Shown here one piece after another: positions 29,733-39,565 of a stretch of 64,000 nt of DNA. Below the pieces are notes generated by a model that searched no databases, was not told where the DNA came from, and saw only the letters and a program-made list of their open reading frames with translations. Every line of letters begins with the position of its first letter. The stretch's first letter is position 1. The stretch comes from Deinococcales bacterium (GTDB lineage Bacteria > Deinococcota > Deinococci > Deinococcales > JAAFIG01): the NCBI GenBank assembly GCA_043778225.1, contig JAYWGM010000080.1, positions 1-64,000 on the forward strand, read 5' to 3'. The position numbers and the translations under genes are program-made.

Positions 29733-31670
29733 GTGATTTACGAACCCAATCCGATCCTCGAGTGCTACCTCAGTGACCAATTTGACCTTGGCATCGAGAC
29801 TTTTGATTTGCTCGAGACCGCAACACCGCTCGACTTACTTTGGGTTGGGCAGTGCCATTTTGGGCTTGACCACCATGTCGAAGCCCTCCATTATTTTTAT
29901 CAAGCCAGCGCTCGAGGATATGTCGAGGGAACAATTTTTGCCTCAACTGTTTTGCGCTTTATTGGCAGCCACCAATTAGCCAATCAACTGCTGGCACAGG
30001 TCATGCACAAAGACCTTTCGGTATTTGGTCAGGCGGCTTGGTACAGAGAAAATGGTCTGCAATTGGTCGCAATGCGCCATTTTGCCTTGGCAATTCCAGA
30101 ACTTGAACAGGCTTGGCGAATTGCCAGTGCCGACCCCATAGGGCAGCGTTTACTGGCTCGCTATTCGCAAAGTCTGGCTTTAGCACTGCTCGAGATTGGA
30201 CGCGACCAAAACGCCTTGAAATACCTCAACTTGGCAATTAATCCAAAAAAACCGAATCCCGATTTACTTGTACTACGAAGTTCTGCTCTTGCTTACAGTG
30301 GTGAATTTACCAAAGCCAAAGCAGACCTCGAGCAATTTCGTCAACTGGTTTCAGGTTCTCAGTCCACTTGGACTCATTTGGTTCATGGTTTTATCGCACG
30401 CTGTCAAGGTTTAATCGAACAAGCTACAACCATCTACCTTGAAACCGCCTCGAGTGCCAAAACCCTAGGCGAATGGGAAACCGAATTCTATGCCGAGGTC
30501 GCCTTGTGTGCCTTACTCACCGAACAAGGCAGTTACCACGTTGCCCAAGCACACCTGTCCAGAGCGCATGGGGTTATTCCTTTGCCGCGTGAAGATTTTG
30601 CGGTTCACGAAGCCATGATTGCCATGCGTCATGCTGCCCTACAAACATCCCAAGGCAATAAAGAGGCAATCAACACGCTCCAGCACGTCGCCCTCATCCT
30701 TGGACAGCGAAAACTCGAGCGCGAACTTGGCATTGCCGAACTGCACTTGTCCGAAGCCTATTTTTATAACAACCAGCAACAAGCAGGATTATCAGCTTTG
30801 GCTCGAGCCATTCATTTGCGTCATGCGGTTGGCAGCCAAGCCTATTTTGCCCTTGAATTACGCGCCTTGCCTCATGTTTTCCAGACCGTTTGCGGCTTGA
30901 GAATTCGAGGCACAGATGTTTTCTACCAAGATTGGCAAACCCTAGAACGCCAAAGCCCACACGAAGTACAACTGACGACCCTAGGAGATTATTCGATTCG
31001 GCTCAATGGACAAGTCGTTAAACTTGATTCTGGCACAGCCAAAGCAGTCGAATTTCTGGCGTACTTACTCGAGGCTGGCGAATCGCGTTTAGACCAGATG
31101 ATTAGCGAAATTTTTGATTCTGGCTCGCACAGCACCGCCCGTAATCGTATTCATAAGTTACGTGAATCAATCGCTCGGCAAATACCCGGCTTAATTGTTC
31201 CGCATAACAAAGAACGCAATACCTATCACCTCGAGCCAGTCGGTGTGCGTTTGCGCTGGGATGTGCGCGAACTCCGCAAAGCCCTCGAACAGGGTGGTGT
31301 GACTGGAATGCAGCGCGTACTTTCGATGTACACAGGAGCATTCTTACCGCGCAGCGAAACCCAATGGGCAGAACAGACGCGCTTTGAACTTGAATTGAGC
31401 ATTACCGAAGTTGGTCTTGAAACCCTCAACGAACTCTTTAAGCTCGAGCGCTTTGATGAGTGCTTACGATTAGCCGAACGACTGGCACAGATTGCCAACA
31501 TGAGTCTTGGAATTCAACTGCTGCTCTTAAAAGCCACGATTCGGGTACACGGGGCAATTGCGGCTCGAGAACGACTCTTAAAAATAGACCCCATCATCCA
31601 AAACGATTTGCGAACCCTTCCAGAATTGCAATTTGAATTTCGCAACGCAGAGCGCGAATTTTTGAATTAA
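29733..31670 (+). CDS. TPR + winged-helix + BTAD transcriptional regulator
   Basis: N-terminal TPR helices; VQLTTLGDYSIRLNG, KAVEFLAYLL, WDVRELR, YTGAFLPRSETQWAEQTR. Confidence 0.8.
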   Translation: MIYEPNPILECYLSDQFDLGIETFDLLETATPLDLLWVGQCHFGLDHHVEALHYFYQASARGYVEGTIFASTVLRFIGSHQLANQLLAQVMHKDLSVFGQAAWYRENGLQLVAMRHFALAIPELEQAWRIASADPIGQRLLARYSQSLALALLEIGRDQNALKYLNLAINPKKPNPDLLVLRSSALAYSGEFTKAKADLEQFRQLVSGSQSTWTHLVHGFIARCQGLIEQATTIYLETASSAKTLGEWETEFYAEVALCALLTEQGSYHVAQAHLSRAHGVIPLPREDFAVHEAMIAMRHAALQTSQGNKEAINTLQHVALILGQRKLERELGIAELHLSEAYFYNNQQQAGLSALARAIHLRHAVGSQAYFALELRALPHVFQTVCGLRIRGTDVFYQDWQTLERQSPHEVQLTTLGDYSIRLNGQVVKLDSGTAKAVEFLAYLLEAGESRLDQMISEIFDSGSHSTARNRIHKLRESIARQIPGLIVPHNKERNTYHLEPVGVRLRWDVRELRKALEQGGVTGMQRVLSMYTGAFLPRSETQWAEQTRFELELSITEVGLETLNELFKLERFDECLRLAERLAQIANMSLGIQLLLLKATIRVHGAIAARERLLKIDPIIQNDLRTLPELQFEFRNAEREFLN

Positions 31671-31693
31671 AAAAGGTTTGGTAGACTCGTGGA

Positions 31694-32296
31694 ATGAAAA
31701 TAAAAAATATCCTTGAGCATTGGGGCATCAGTGTTGAAGAACTCAGCACCGCCATTCTCGAGAACGGCAGCTTACGTGGCATGGTTTTTGGTTATGTTGC
31801 CGAAATCAAATTGCGTCAATTACTCGAGCAAAACCCGTTGGTCAGTTTAATTGTCAAAGACAACGACCATGACCGTACTCGAAAAGCAGATTTACGAATT
31901 CGATACCGCGATGTTGAATTTCGGCTCGAGAGTAAATCGTTGCAAACCAATTCGATTAAAAAATTACCTGACGGCACTTTTACTGGCAAAACCCAAGTGG
32001 ACGGCAGTGACCGACGCTTGGTACGCTTTGCCGATGGCTCAAGTCTCGAGACAATCTTATTATTGCCAAATCAGTTTGACGTGCTGGCGGTCAATTGTTT
32101 TGCTTTCGAGGATACGTGGTACTGGTTATTCGCTCGTAATTCAGATTTACCACGCTCGAGTTTTAAGCGTTATACCCCCGAGCAGCAGCGAGGTTTACTG
32201 GCTTCGCTGGTAGAGGTGCATAAGCCAGCCCGAGGGGTTTTTAGTGATGATTTATTTGTCTTGCTCGACCAAATGATGGCTGACGGTCACGGTTGA
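31694..32296 (+). CDS. Putative PD-(D/E)XK restriction endonuclease
   Basis: [24 protein letters not shown] (E..D..ExK); convergent with and overlapping a DNA MTase gene. Confidence 0.65.
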   Translation: MKIKNILEHWGISVEELSTAILENGSLRGMVFGYVAEIKLRQLLEQNPLVSLIVKDNDHDRTRKADLRIRYRDVEFRLESKSLQTNSIKKLPDGTFTGKTQVDGSDRRLVRFADGSSLETILLLPNQFDVLAVNCFAFEDTWYWLFARNSDLPRSSFKRYTPEQQRGLLASLVEVHKPARGVFSDDLFVLLDQMMADGHG

Positions 32297-33096
32297 AGAT
32301 GAACAATACTCGAGATTTTGGTTTTAACTTTCTGGAATACCAAAAAGTAAGAATGGTTTTTTCGGGCATGAACCTGAGTTTTCAAGCGGCTAATGCTTGG
32401 GCGGTTTGGGCGCACAAGCACAAACAAATCTTTACTGTACAAACCCATTGATTCATAAGCACTGATAATTTCGACATGGGTCAGGCGTTGTTTATTAGCA
32501 CTGACTTCATCTTGGCATTTAACAATCAGCATCCCACCCATTTTCAAGACACGGTTGGCTTCACGCCCAGCTTTGATGTACATATCTATCACGGCTTCGT
32601 GCCACTTTGGCTCGCCCTGAGTTTGGGCTTGTCCACTCGAGTAACTACGCCGAAAAGCAGCGTGGCTTCCGCCCCCTGCAAGCTGTTCGACATCACGACG
32701 GTACAGTCCTTCCATATAGGGTGGGTCAAGGATAATTGCATCGAGCGAACCTGTTTGGTACGGTAAATCACGACAATCTACGCCATTTTGAATTTCGATT
32801 TGATGAACCAAGTCTCGAGTATTTTTTGCTTCAATATCCGAGAAAAACAGTTGATATTTCTGAACTGGGATTCGTTGCCAAAAGACACCTTTCCCGTAGG
32901 TCACATCAGCAATTTTACTGCCACCGGGCAAGTGCAATTCGGCGATTTCGGCAAACATTTCGGCATTCCCTGTTGTGGCTGCTGATAAAATGAGATCGCT
33001 GCTGGACTTTCCACCTTGAATCCGTTTTGAGCCTGATTTTGGTATGGTAGTCGTTACAAGCTCAGTTTGACCAAAAAGTTCGGATTGCCGATTCAT
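32287..33096 (-). CDS. Amino (N6A/N4C) DNA methyltransferase
   Basis: ADVTYGKG (motif I-like), ILDPPY (motif IV), RVLKMGG. Confidence 0.85.
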   Translation of the reverse strand: MNRQSELFGQTELVTTTIPKSGSKRIQGGKSSSDLILSAATTGNAEMFAEIAELHLPGGSKIADVTYGKGVFWQRIPVQKYQLFFSDIEAKNTRDLVHQIEIQNGVDCRDLPYQTGSLDAIILDPPYMEGLYRRDVEQLAGGGSHAAFRRSYSSGQAQTQGEPKWHEAVIDMYIKAGREANRVLKMGGMLIVKCQDEVSANKQRLTHVEIISAYESMGLYSKDLFVLVRPNRPSISRLKTQVHARKNHSYFLVFQKVKTKISSIVHLQP

Positions 33097-33104
33097 ACCC
33101 TATA

Positions 33105-33121
33105 CTCTACTTAAAGTAGAG
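33105..33121. promoter_or_regulatory. Palindromic operator between the divergent MTase and HTH genes
   Basis: CTCTACT-TAA-AGTAGAG. Confidence 0.6.
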
Positions 33122-33135
33122 CAATGTGTCAAGCC

Positions 33136-33384
33136 ATGAAACCAAAAACCCTAAGAATTCAAGTCACCCTACGCCAACACCTCGAGCAAATTGGGGTCAG
33201 TGCTTATATGCTCGGAAAAATGACAAATCAAGTCAGCCCACAAACCATTTATGCGATTGCTAACGGTAGCCGAAAACCGAGTCTAGAAGCGCTAGAAGCC
33301 ATATTGAATGCTCTTCATCAACAGGGTTTTAGTACCACACTCGAAGATTTAATCTTTGTTGAATCTGAACCGTTTAATCCCTAA
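33136..33384 (+). CDS. XRE/Cro-like HTH protein (possible R-M controller)
   Basis: VSAYMLGK..VSPQTIYAIANGSRKPSLEALEAI. Confidence 0.8.
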   Translation: MKPKTLRIQVTLRQHLEQIGVSAYMLGKMTNQVSPQTIYAIANGSRKPSLEALEAILNALHQQGFSTTLEDLIFVESEPFNP

Positions 33385-33563
33385 ACTTTTGCAAGGCTTA
33401 AAATTTGTAATTCGACTTGTTTGATTAACTCTGCCACGGCAATCTGCTCAACTTTCCAAGGCGCTTGAGTTTCTATACTGTGCCAAGACTCGAGTATAGA
33501 TTCCCGTGTTTCGGCTGCCATACTTGGATGGCTCAAGATTTGCAAGACCAAACAAATTTTCAA
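33381..33563 (-). pseudogene. Remnant resembling the C-terminus of the adjacent AfsR-like regulator
   Basis: LQILSHPSMAAETRESI vs LQTVFEHPNTSAETKQK. Confidence 0.45.
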
Positions 33564-33569
33564 GACGAT

Positions 33570-36407
33570 TTACAAAAAAGCACTTTGCCATTGCTCAAGC
33601 GGCAGTGAGTTATCCGAAATTTGCAGTTCACCCAATAAATTCTGAGTTTTTTGTTTGGTCTCTGCCGATGTATTCGGATGTTCAAAGACCGTTTGTAGAA
33701 TTCGACTGGCTAAATTGGGATTGCGTTCGATATGCCATTCTCCTACAAGTTTGAACGCCTCTAAAGCTCGAGGAATAAAGTTGAGTTGCAAGGCTAAGGT
33801 CAGTGCAGCACAAAGCGATTGCTTAACAAGATGAGCATTTGATATGGCGATGCCGAGTGCCGCCAGATTGGTCAGTACCGTAATTTCTCCTGCTTGGTCG
33901 CCTATCGTCTTACGAATCTCGAGACTGGTATTTAGGTGTTCTCGAGCAGTTTCAAACTGTTGTAGCTTTGTTGCTAAAACACCAAGATTTGAATGCAGCA
34001 CAGCAATCGGACGTTGATGTCCGATTTTTTCAAAAATCTCGAGACACTGCTGGTAGGTTGTAAAAGCCGCCGAATCTTGGTTGAGGACTTCGTAAACATT
34101 GGCAATGTTATTCAGTACCGTAGCTAGACCAGCCGTATTATTTAATCGCGTTTGAATATCCCGAGCCTGCGTGTAGTGGGCAAGGGCAACTTGGTAATTG
34201 AGTTGACGCTTGGCAACAGCCCCTAGCAGACTGGCACATTCGGCAAGATTGAGATCGAGTTCAAAGCAGTTTTGGGCTTTGGTCACCACATTTTGTGTTT
34301 CTAAATAGTCCGCTTGCTCAAAATAAATAAATCCCATCTGTAGCCACGCTCGACCCGCTTCTTCGGTTAAACCGACTTGCTCGAGTTGGTTTGCTGCCAA
34401 TTCAAGATTGTTGAGGGCATTTGGATACTCGCTGACAATTCTTAAAAATAAACCACGCCAAAAATTTGTTCGCCCTTCAAGGCTCGAGCCAGACTGGGCG
34501 CTATAACGTGCCAAAGAATCGAGTGCCACAAACCCCAAGCCGCGCACGTCCCAATAATCAGCAATAAGCCTTAGGTGCTGCTCGAGAACATCGTGCTGCA
34601 TTTTTGCCCAATATAAAAAGGCGACATCCAGATTGGAGCGTTCGGTGTCCATGGCTTGCAGTGTGGCTGGTTGACGAAAAGACTTTTGCCAGCCTTGACA
34701 GCGCTCCGAGAAATACGCGGCATGATACGCCTGCAAGTTTGCAAGTGTACTCGAGTGGAGCGCCGCAAATTCCCGAATCATTTCATGGCACAAAAACCGA
34801 CCCTGTTCATCCTTACGAATCAGACCTTTATTGATCAGCGCCAGTAGCGTCGGCAGTTGCGTCTGACCGACTGCCTGTAAGCCTTCAAGACTTGCGCCAC
34901 CCCGAAAGACCGACAGCGCCTCGAGTGTCTGTTTCTCGCGCAGCGTTAATTGCACCCAAGTGCTTTGCAAAACCGCTTCTAAACTCCGATGCCGCAAAGG
35001 AATATCCTGCACATCGGTCTCGAGCCAGAGTTGACTCTTTTCAAGTTCGGTAGCAATTTGTTCTAAACTTAAAACCCGTGTCCAACGGGCAGCCAATTCG
35101 ATTGCCAGTGGTAAGCCCTCGAGTTTCTGGACAATCTGCGCCACCAGCCTTGGTTCTAGGTTTTGCTGGCTCAGACGCTGGGCAACTTGGACAAATAAAC
35201 GCACCGCTTGGTTGGTTGGAATTTCGAGCGCACTTTTTGGGACAGGCAAACCCAGTAAATCCAGAATTGTTTCGTCGTTGACCAGAAGCCGAACTCGAGA
35301 GGTCAGCAATACCCGTAGGTGCTGACACTCGGTCAGTAAACGCCCGAGAAAACCTCGAGCCTCGAGCAGATGTTCCATGTTGTCCAGTACAAGCAAAATG
35401 GATTTTTCTTTAGCAAAGTCAAAAACTGTTTGTTCTAAACTTTGCTGTTGCTTATTTTGCACCCCAAGGGCAGCGGCTAAGGCAGTCACGACCTGATTGG
35501 CTTGGGTCAACGCTGTACCATCCATAAACACCGAGCCATGGACAAATTGGGGACGCAATAACCTTGCTGCCTCAAGCGCCAAGCGGGTTTTTCCACTGCC
35601 GCCAAGCCCAACAATACTGACCAAGCGATTTGCGCCCAGCAGCCAAGTTTGTAGCTGCTCGAGTTCGATTTCTCGTCCGATAATCGGTAAAAAACTTTTA
35701 CTTGGCAGCACAGGGCGACTGACAGCTTGGTCTTGTAACAAAGCAAGCGTACTCGAATCTGGTTGAATTCCCATTTCGGCTGCTAAAGCACTCGAGAATC
35801 GCCCATAAATTTTCTCAGCTTGTCCACGTTCTTTCTGAGCCAAGTAGCAGCGCATCAGGGCTTGTACGGCTGGTTCGCACAAGGGTTCGGCAAACAGTAA
35901 TTTATCGAGCCACGCAATTGCCACACCATATTCTCGAGTTGCCTCAAGTTGGCTGGTGCGTTGCAGAATCGCTTCACGCCACAAACCATGCAAATGTTCG
36001 CGTTCAAAACCAAGCCACGCTTCGAGACCCGCCAAGGCTGGCGGCATAAAACCCTCGAGCAATGCGCCTTGATAGATTTCTAACGCCTCGAGCCACTGCT
36101 GGTTTTTGCATAGCGTCACAAAATTTTCTACATCGGTGCTGATTAAAAAACGCGCCCGCTTGGCATCGGTCTCGAGTGCGGCTGCCCAAGGAAATTGTTT
36201 TGCCCGATGAAAAATTAAACGCAGGGCATTACGGGCTGTTTGGTCATCGTCTTCTGGGCGAAACAGACACGCCAATTCGTCTCGAGCCACCCAATCGCGG
36301 CGCAGTGCCAAGTACAACAGCAACCACGCTGGACGCGCCAATGGCAACGGCTCGAGCCGACCATGGCTAAAAACACTGGCAACGCCAAGTAGTTGCAGTT
36401 CCATCAA
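33570..36407 (-). CDS. AfsR-like wHTH-BTAD-NB-ARC-TPR regulator
   Basis: LQLLG, YQGALLEG, GLGGSGKTRLA, LLVLDNMEHL, GLPLAIELAA, C-terminal TPRs. Confidence 0.93.
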   Translation of the reverse strand: MMELQLLGVASVFSHGRLEPLPLARPAWLLLYLALRRDWVARDELACLFRPEDDDQTARNALRLIFHRAKQFPWAAALETDAKRARFLISTDVENFVTLCKNQQWLEALEIYQGALLEGFMPPALAGLEAWLGFEREHLHGLWREAILQRTSQLEATREYGVAIAWLDKLLFAEPLCEPAVQALMRCYLAQKERGQAEKIYGRFSSALAAEMGIQPDSSTLALLQDQAVSRPVLPSKSFLPIIGREIELEQLQTWLLGANRLVSIVGLGGSGKTRLALEAARLLRPQFVHGSVFMDGTALTQANQVVTALAAALGVQNKQQQSLEQTVFDFAKEKSILLVLDNMEHLLEARGFLGRLLTECQHLRVLLTSRVRLLVNDETILDLLGLPVPKSALEIPTNQAVRLFVQVAQRLSQQNLEPRLVAQIVQKLEGLPLAIELAARWTRVLSLEQIATELEKSQLWLETDVQDIPLRHRSLEAVLQSTWVQLTLREKQTLEALSVFRGGASLEGLQAVGQTQLPTLLALINKGLIRKDEQGRFLCHEMIREFAALHSSTLANLQAYHAAYFSERCQGWQKSFRQPATLQAMDTERSNLDVAFLYWAKMQHDVLEQHLRLIADYWDVRGLGFVALDSLARYSAQSGSSLEGRTNFWRGLFLRIVSEYPNALNNLELAANQLEQVGLTEEAGRAWLQMGFIYFEQADYLETQNVVTKAQNCFELDLNLAECASLLGAVAKRQLNYQVALAHYTQARDIQTRLNNTAGLATVLNNIANVYEVLNQDSAAFTTYQQCLEIFEKIGHQRPIAVLHSNLGVLATKLQQFETAREHLNTSLEIRKTIGDQAGEITVLTNLAALGIAISNAHLVKQSLCAALTLALQLNFIPRALEAFKLVGEWHIERNPNLASRILQTVFEHPNTSAETKQKTQNLLGELQISDNSLPLEQWQSAFL

Positions 36408-36433
36408 TCAATAATAGCGCATTTTACAAAAGT

Positions 36434-36455
36434 AATGAAACGCAAATGAAACGCA
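36434..36455 (+). promoter_or_regulatory. 11-bp direct repeat, candidate SARP-type operator
   Basis: AATGAAACGCA x2 in tandem, upstream of TACTTT and the lipoprotein RBS. Confidence 0.6.
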
Positions 36456-36491
36456 ACTGGGGCAAACTACTTTTAGGAAAAGGAGAAAATC

Positions 36492-38213
36492 ATGAAAAGA
36501 TATTGGTTGATCGCCGTGTTGTTTGTGGCTATTCTGGCTGCCTGTAACACACCAACGCCGACTGTTATTCTGCCCGAGGATGACCCAAGCACCACCCAAA
36601 TCATTGATGGAACAGCCGCCGATGTCACCAATTTAGACACCACCGCCGTCTCGAGTAAAGCTGTGGTGTTAGATGCAGCCCTGTTGGCAGCCATTGTCAA
36701 AATAGACCGCAGTTCGGGCGAAGTGATTTTTGATGAAGCCAAATTACCACTGGGTTTACTGGCAACTGGTGGCAAACTCGAGGTCGGTAATACGATTGTG
36801 GCTCGAGGTACACCTAAGTTAAGGCGCGGTTTGTTAAGAAAGATTACCCAAGTGACAAGGGAGAATGGCTTTGTGCGGGTTAAGACCGTGCAAGGTAAAC
36901 TCAACGAAGTCTTTACGGCTGGTGGCTTTCGGGTGCAGCGCAAAATGAAATTAGCCGATGCCAAGTACATTATTTTACCCAACGGTCGAAAACAGGCTTT
37001 ACAGCAGCAAACTGGAGTACGACCACAAGCCCTTGGGTTTCCAGTTCAAATTAACTTTTGCCCCGTTAATATAGACGGCAACACCGCCACCAAGAACGAC
37101 CAAGTTTGTGTGTCTGGCAGTGTAGACATCAGCCTCGAGTTTATGTTTGTGTTTAAGTGCGAAGGCTTTTTGTGTACCAATCCGTTTTTGGACACCAATG
37201 TCAAGGTCATTCAAACCACCAACTTGACCGTGACTGGCGAGTTATCGCGCACCATAGATAAACGCATTCCGCTTGGCACTGTGCCGCTCCCAATTATTGT
37301 CATTCCAGTTGGTTTTGTACCGCTTACTTTTGTACCAGAAATTGACCTCGAGGCAAGTTTAACTGGGCAAGTCAGCGTGAATTTTAACTGGAGCGCCAAT
37401 CAACGTATGGAATTCACGGCGGGCATGGCACTCGAAAACGGCGCGTTTAGAACCTATGACCGTTTTACCAACGACATTGATACTTCTGGGATTGATGTCA
37501 GCATTAACATGAACGCCGAGGCTCGAGTCGAAGCCGAAGCCAGTATATTGGTTTTTGGAATTGGTGGTCCGACCGTCACGGCTGGCTTATTTGTGACCTT
37601 TGAAGCGGGGTTTCCACGCACCCCAACTTGGTCTTTGGATGCTGGTTTTGATGTCAGTATTGGCTTAGAAATTGATATGTTTGGACTGATTCAAGCCGAT
37701 GTCAAAGAAGAAATTTTCGAGAAACGTTTCCAACTTGCCGAAGCCCCAAATATCAAACCAACCGTTATTATTCAGTCTCCGCTCGAGGGCGACGAAATCG
37801 AATTAGCCGTCAATACCGATGCAGTAGGTATTCCATCGGCGGGTATTCCAGCCGGCACAAAGTACATTAAGTTACCCAAAGCCGACATTAAAACTGATGA
37901 TGCCGAAGATGGCGAACGCTGCTGTACCGTTGTCTGGGAATTTGGCAACAATGGCAACGGTGCGACCACCAATCCAGGACCTCATATGCTCGAGGACAGA
38001 AGAATCAATGGTGGGCTGAACGGTGTTGCCAAGCAGCAAACCATCACCGTTACTGCCACCGACTCGAGCGGCGGCAAAACCACCAAGACTTGGAACTACA
38101 AATACAAAGAATGCCAGAATTATGTGACCTTTGCCGCCACGGGTCTACGTTCTTGTGCCACCCCGATGGATCCCAAATCGTTTGAAGCCTTTGGTCCAAG
38201 AACCCTCCAATAA
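36492..38213 (+). CDS. Large beta-rich lipoprotein
   Basis: Lipobox ILAAC; AAGGAG RBS; C-terminal Ig-like segment. Confidence 0.8.
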   Translation: MKRYWLIAVLFVAILAACNTPTPTVILPEDDPSTTQIIDGTAADVTNLDTTAVSSKAVVLDAALLAAIVKIDRSSGEVIFDEAKLPLGLLATGGKLEVGNTIVARGTPKLRRGLLRKITQVTRENGFVRVKTVQGKLNEVFTAGGFRVQRKMKLADAKYIILPNGRKQALQQQTGVRPQALGFPVQINFCPVNIDGNTATKNDQVCVSGSVDISLEFMFVFKCEGFLCTNPFLDTNVKVIQTTNLTVTGELSRTIDKRIPLGTVPLPIIVIPVGFVPLTFVPEIDLEASLTGQVSVNFNWSANQRMEFTAGMALENGAFRTYDRFTNDIDTSGIDVSINMNAEARVEAEASILVFGIGGPTVTAGLFVTFEAGFPRTPTWSLDAGFDVSIGLEIDMFGLIQADVKEEIFEKRFQLAEAPNIKPTVIIQSPLEGDEIELAVNTDAVGIPSAGIPAGTKYIKLPKADIKTDDAEDGERCCTVVWEFGNNGNGATTNPGPHMLEDRRINGGLNGVAKQQTITVTATDSSGGKTTKTWNYKYKECQNYVTFAATGLRSCATPMDPKSFEAFGPRTLQ

Positions 38214-38217
38214 ATCC

Positions 38218-38400
38218 ATGCCCGACCTCGAGTATCACTTAAAAATCATCCCAGCCAAAGCAGGGCAGCCTTGGAGCGCCCTGCTTGAAGGCAACGGAGT
38301 CGTTTTGCGTTTCTCGAGTCTGCTCGAGTTGGCACGCTACCTCGAGGTCGCGGTTGGAAAAGTCAGTCATTCGGTTTTAGAAAAGGAGTTAAAAGCATGA
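38218..38400 (+). CDS. Small hypothetical protein (60 aa)
   Basis: MPDLEYHLKI..WSALLE..FSSLLELARYLE; coupled to the next gene. Confidence 0.55.
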   Translation: MPDLEYHLKIIPAKAGQPWSALLEGNGVVLRFSSLLELARYLEVAVGKVSHSVLEKELKA

Positions 38401-38939
38401 AAAAGTATGGATTATTGTTGGCTTGTGTATTACCAATCGCTTTTGCCCAAACCAGTTACCCAAGCACGGTGACTCGTTTAATTCCAGTCGAACGCGGAAA
38501 AATTGTTTCAATCACCAGCACCCTCGAGTCTGGCGTGGCAATGCCAGATTTATCATGGGCTTGGCGTTCGGACATGGCGTGTTTTGTGCAGTTGCAGGCT
38601 TGGAAATTTGACAATAAACACAAAATGTTTGCGATTCCAACCAAGTTTTCGGGTATTGGCGAAATTACCGTGCGGGTTATTCCAACCGACCCGAACATCA
38701 ACCTCAGTGTTTGGTATTACATGGCTGGGTCAACCGATTACCGTATACCGCCACAAGTCTCGAATATGCGGGCTTGCGAAGCCGATTTTAAGTGGGACAG
38801 ACCCTTTAAGAACCAAACCCAAGACCATACACGCTGGGTCTCGAGTGGCGCAAAAGGCAACGAGAATGTGCTGATTGGCGTGAGTGCGCCTAAAGATGTG
38901 ACAACGGCAGAATTCAAGCTCGAGGTCTCTGTCAAATGA
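38397..38939 (+). CDS. Secreted hypothetical protein
   Basis: Signal peptide ending in AFA; AAGGAG RBS. Confidence 0.75.
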   Translation: MKKYGLLLACVLPIAFAQTSYPSTVTRLIPVERGKIVSITSTLESGVAMPDLSWAWRSDMACFVQLQAWKFDNKHKMFAIPTKFSGIGEITVRVIPTDPNINLSVWYYMAGSTDYRIPPQVSNMRACEADFKWDRPFKNQTQDHTRWVSSGAKGNENVLIGVSAPKDVTTAEFKLEVSVK

Positions 38940-39511
38940 AATACGTTTTTGCGATTCTTCTGCTCTCGAGTCTGGTGCTTGCCGAAAAACTCTATGCCCG
39001 TTCTTTACGAACCGAATGGACAAAATCGGGCATGATAAGCGGCATGAGCAGCGCCCAAGCCATGAACATCAATGGCGCAAAAGCAGCCTATAAAAACAGC
39101 CTTGGATACATTGGCAATCAGAAAAATAGCCTACTCTTTGGGATTTCTTTTGTGGCTTTTAAGGATGCAGCCGTCACCAACAGCCTTGGGATTTCGTACA
39201 ATGGGCAACCAAAAAACTTAGCCGAATTTGCCAATGCTTCGGGCAGCATTATCGCCTATAAGTCAGCAGCTTGCCTTGGCATGAGCGAAAAAACGGTTCA
39301 AGCGATTGCCAAAGTATTTTTTGAGACCATCCAAGCCGCCCAAAAATCTGGGCAGCCCATCAAGACTGTCCAGCGACAATTTGGGGTTTTTAATCTGTAC
39401 CTTGGCAATACCACCGTCAAAACCCCCAATATCTTATTCAGCATGGTCATCTCAAGCAATGGTGTATTGGGCAAATCTGGTTGGCTCGAGTATTGCAACC
39501 CAAAGCAATAA
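38936..39511 (+). CDS. Secreted hypothetical protein
   Basis: Signal peptide ending in VLA; ATGA overlap. Confidence 0.7.
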   Translation: MKYVFAILLLSSLVLAEKLYARSLRTEWTKSGMISGMSSAQAMNINGAKAAYKNSLGYIGNQKNSLLFGISFVAFKDAAVTNSLGISYNGQPKNLAEFANASGSIIAYKSAACLGMSEKTVQAIAKVFFETIQAAQKSGQPIKTVQRQFGVFNLYLGNTTVKTPNILFSMVISSNGVLGKSGWLEYCNPKQ

Positions 39512-39565
39512 TTGGTACAGCCCCTAAACAGTAAGCCAGCCATTTATCGTAGTATGCAAGGCATC

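Noticed and set aside
29643..29780. 80-aa version of the peptide ORF
   Set aside because: Overlaps the regulator start; the GGAGG RBS supports ATG 29642
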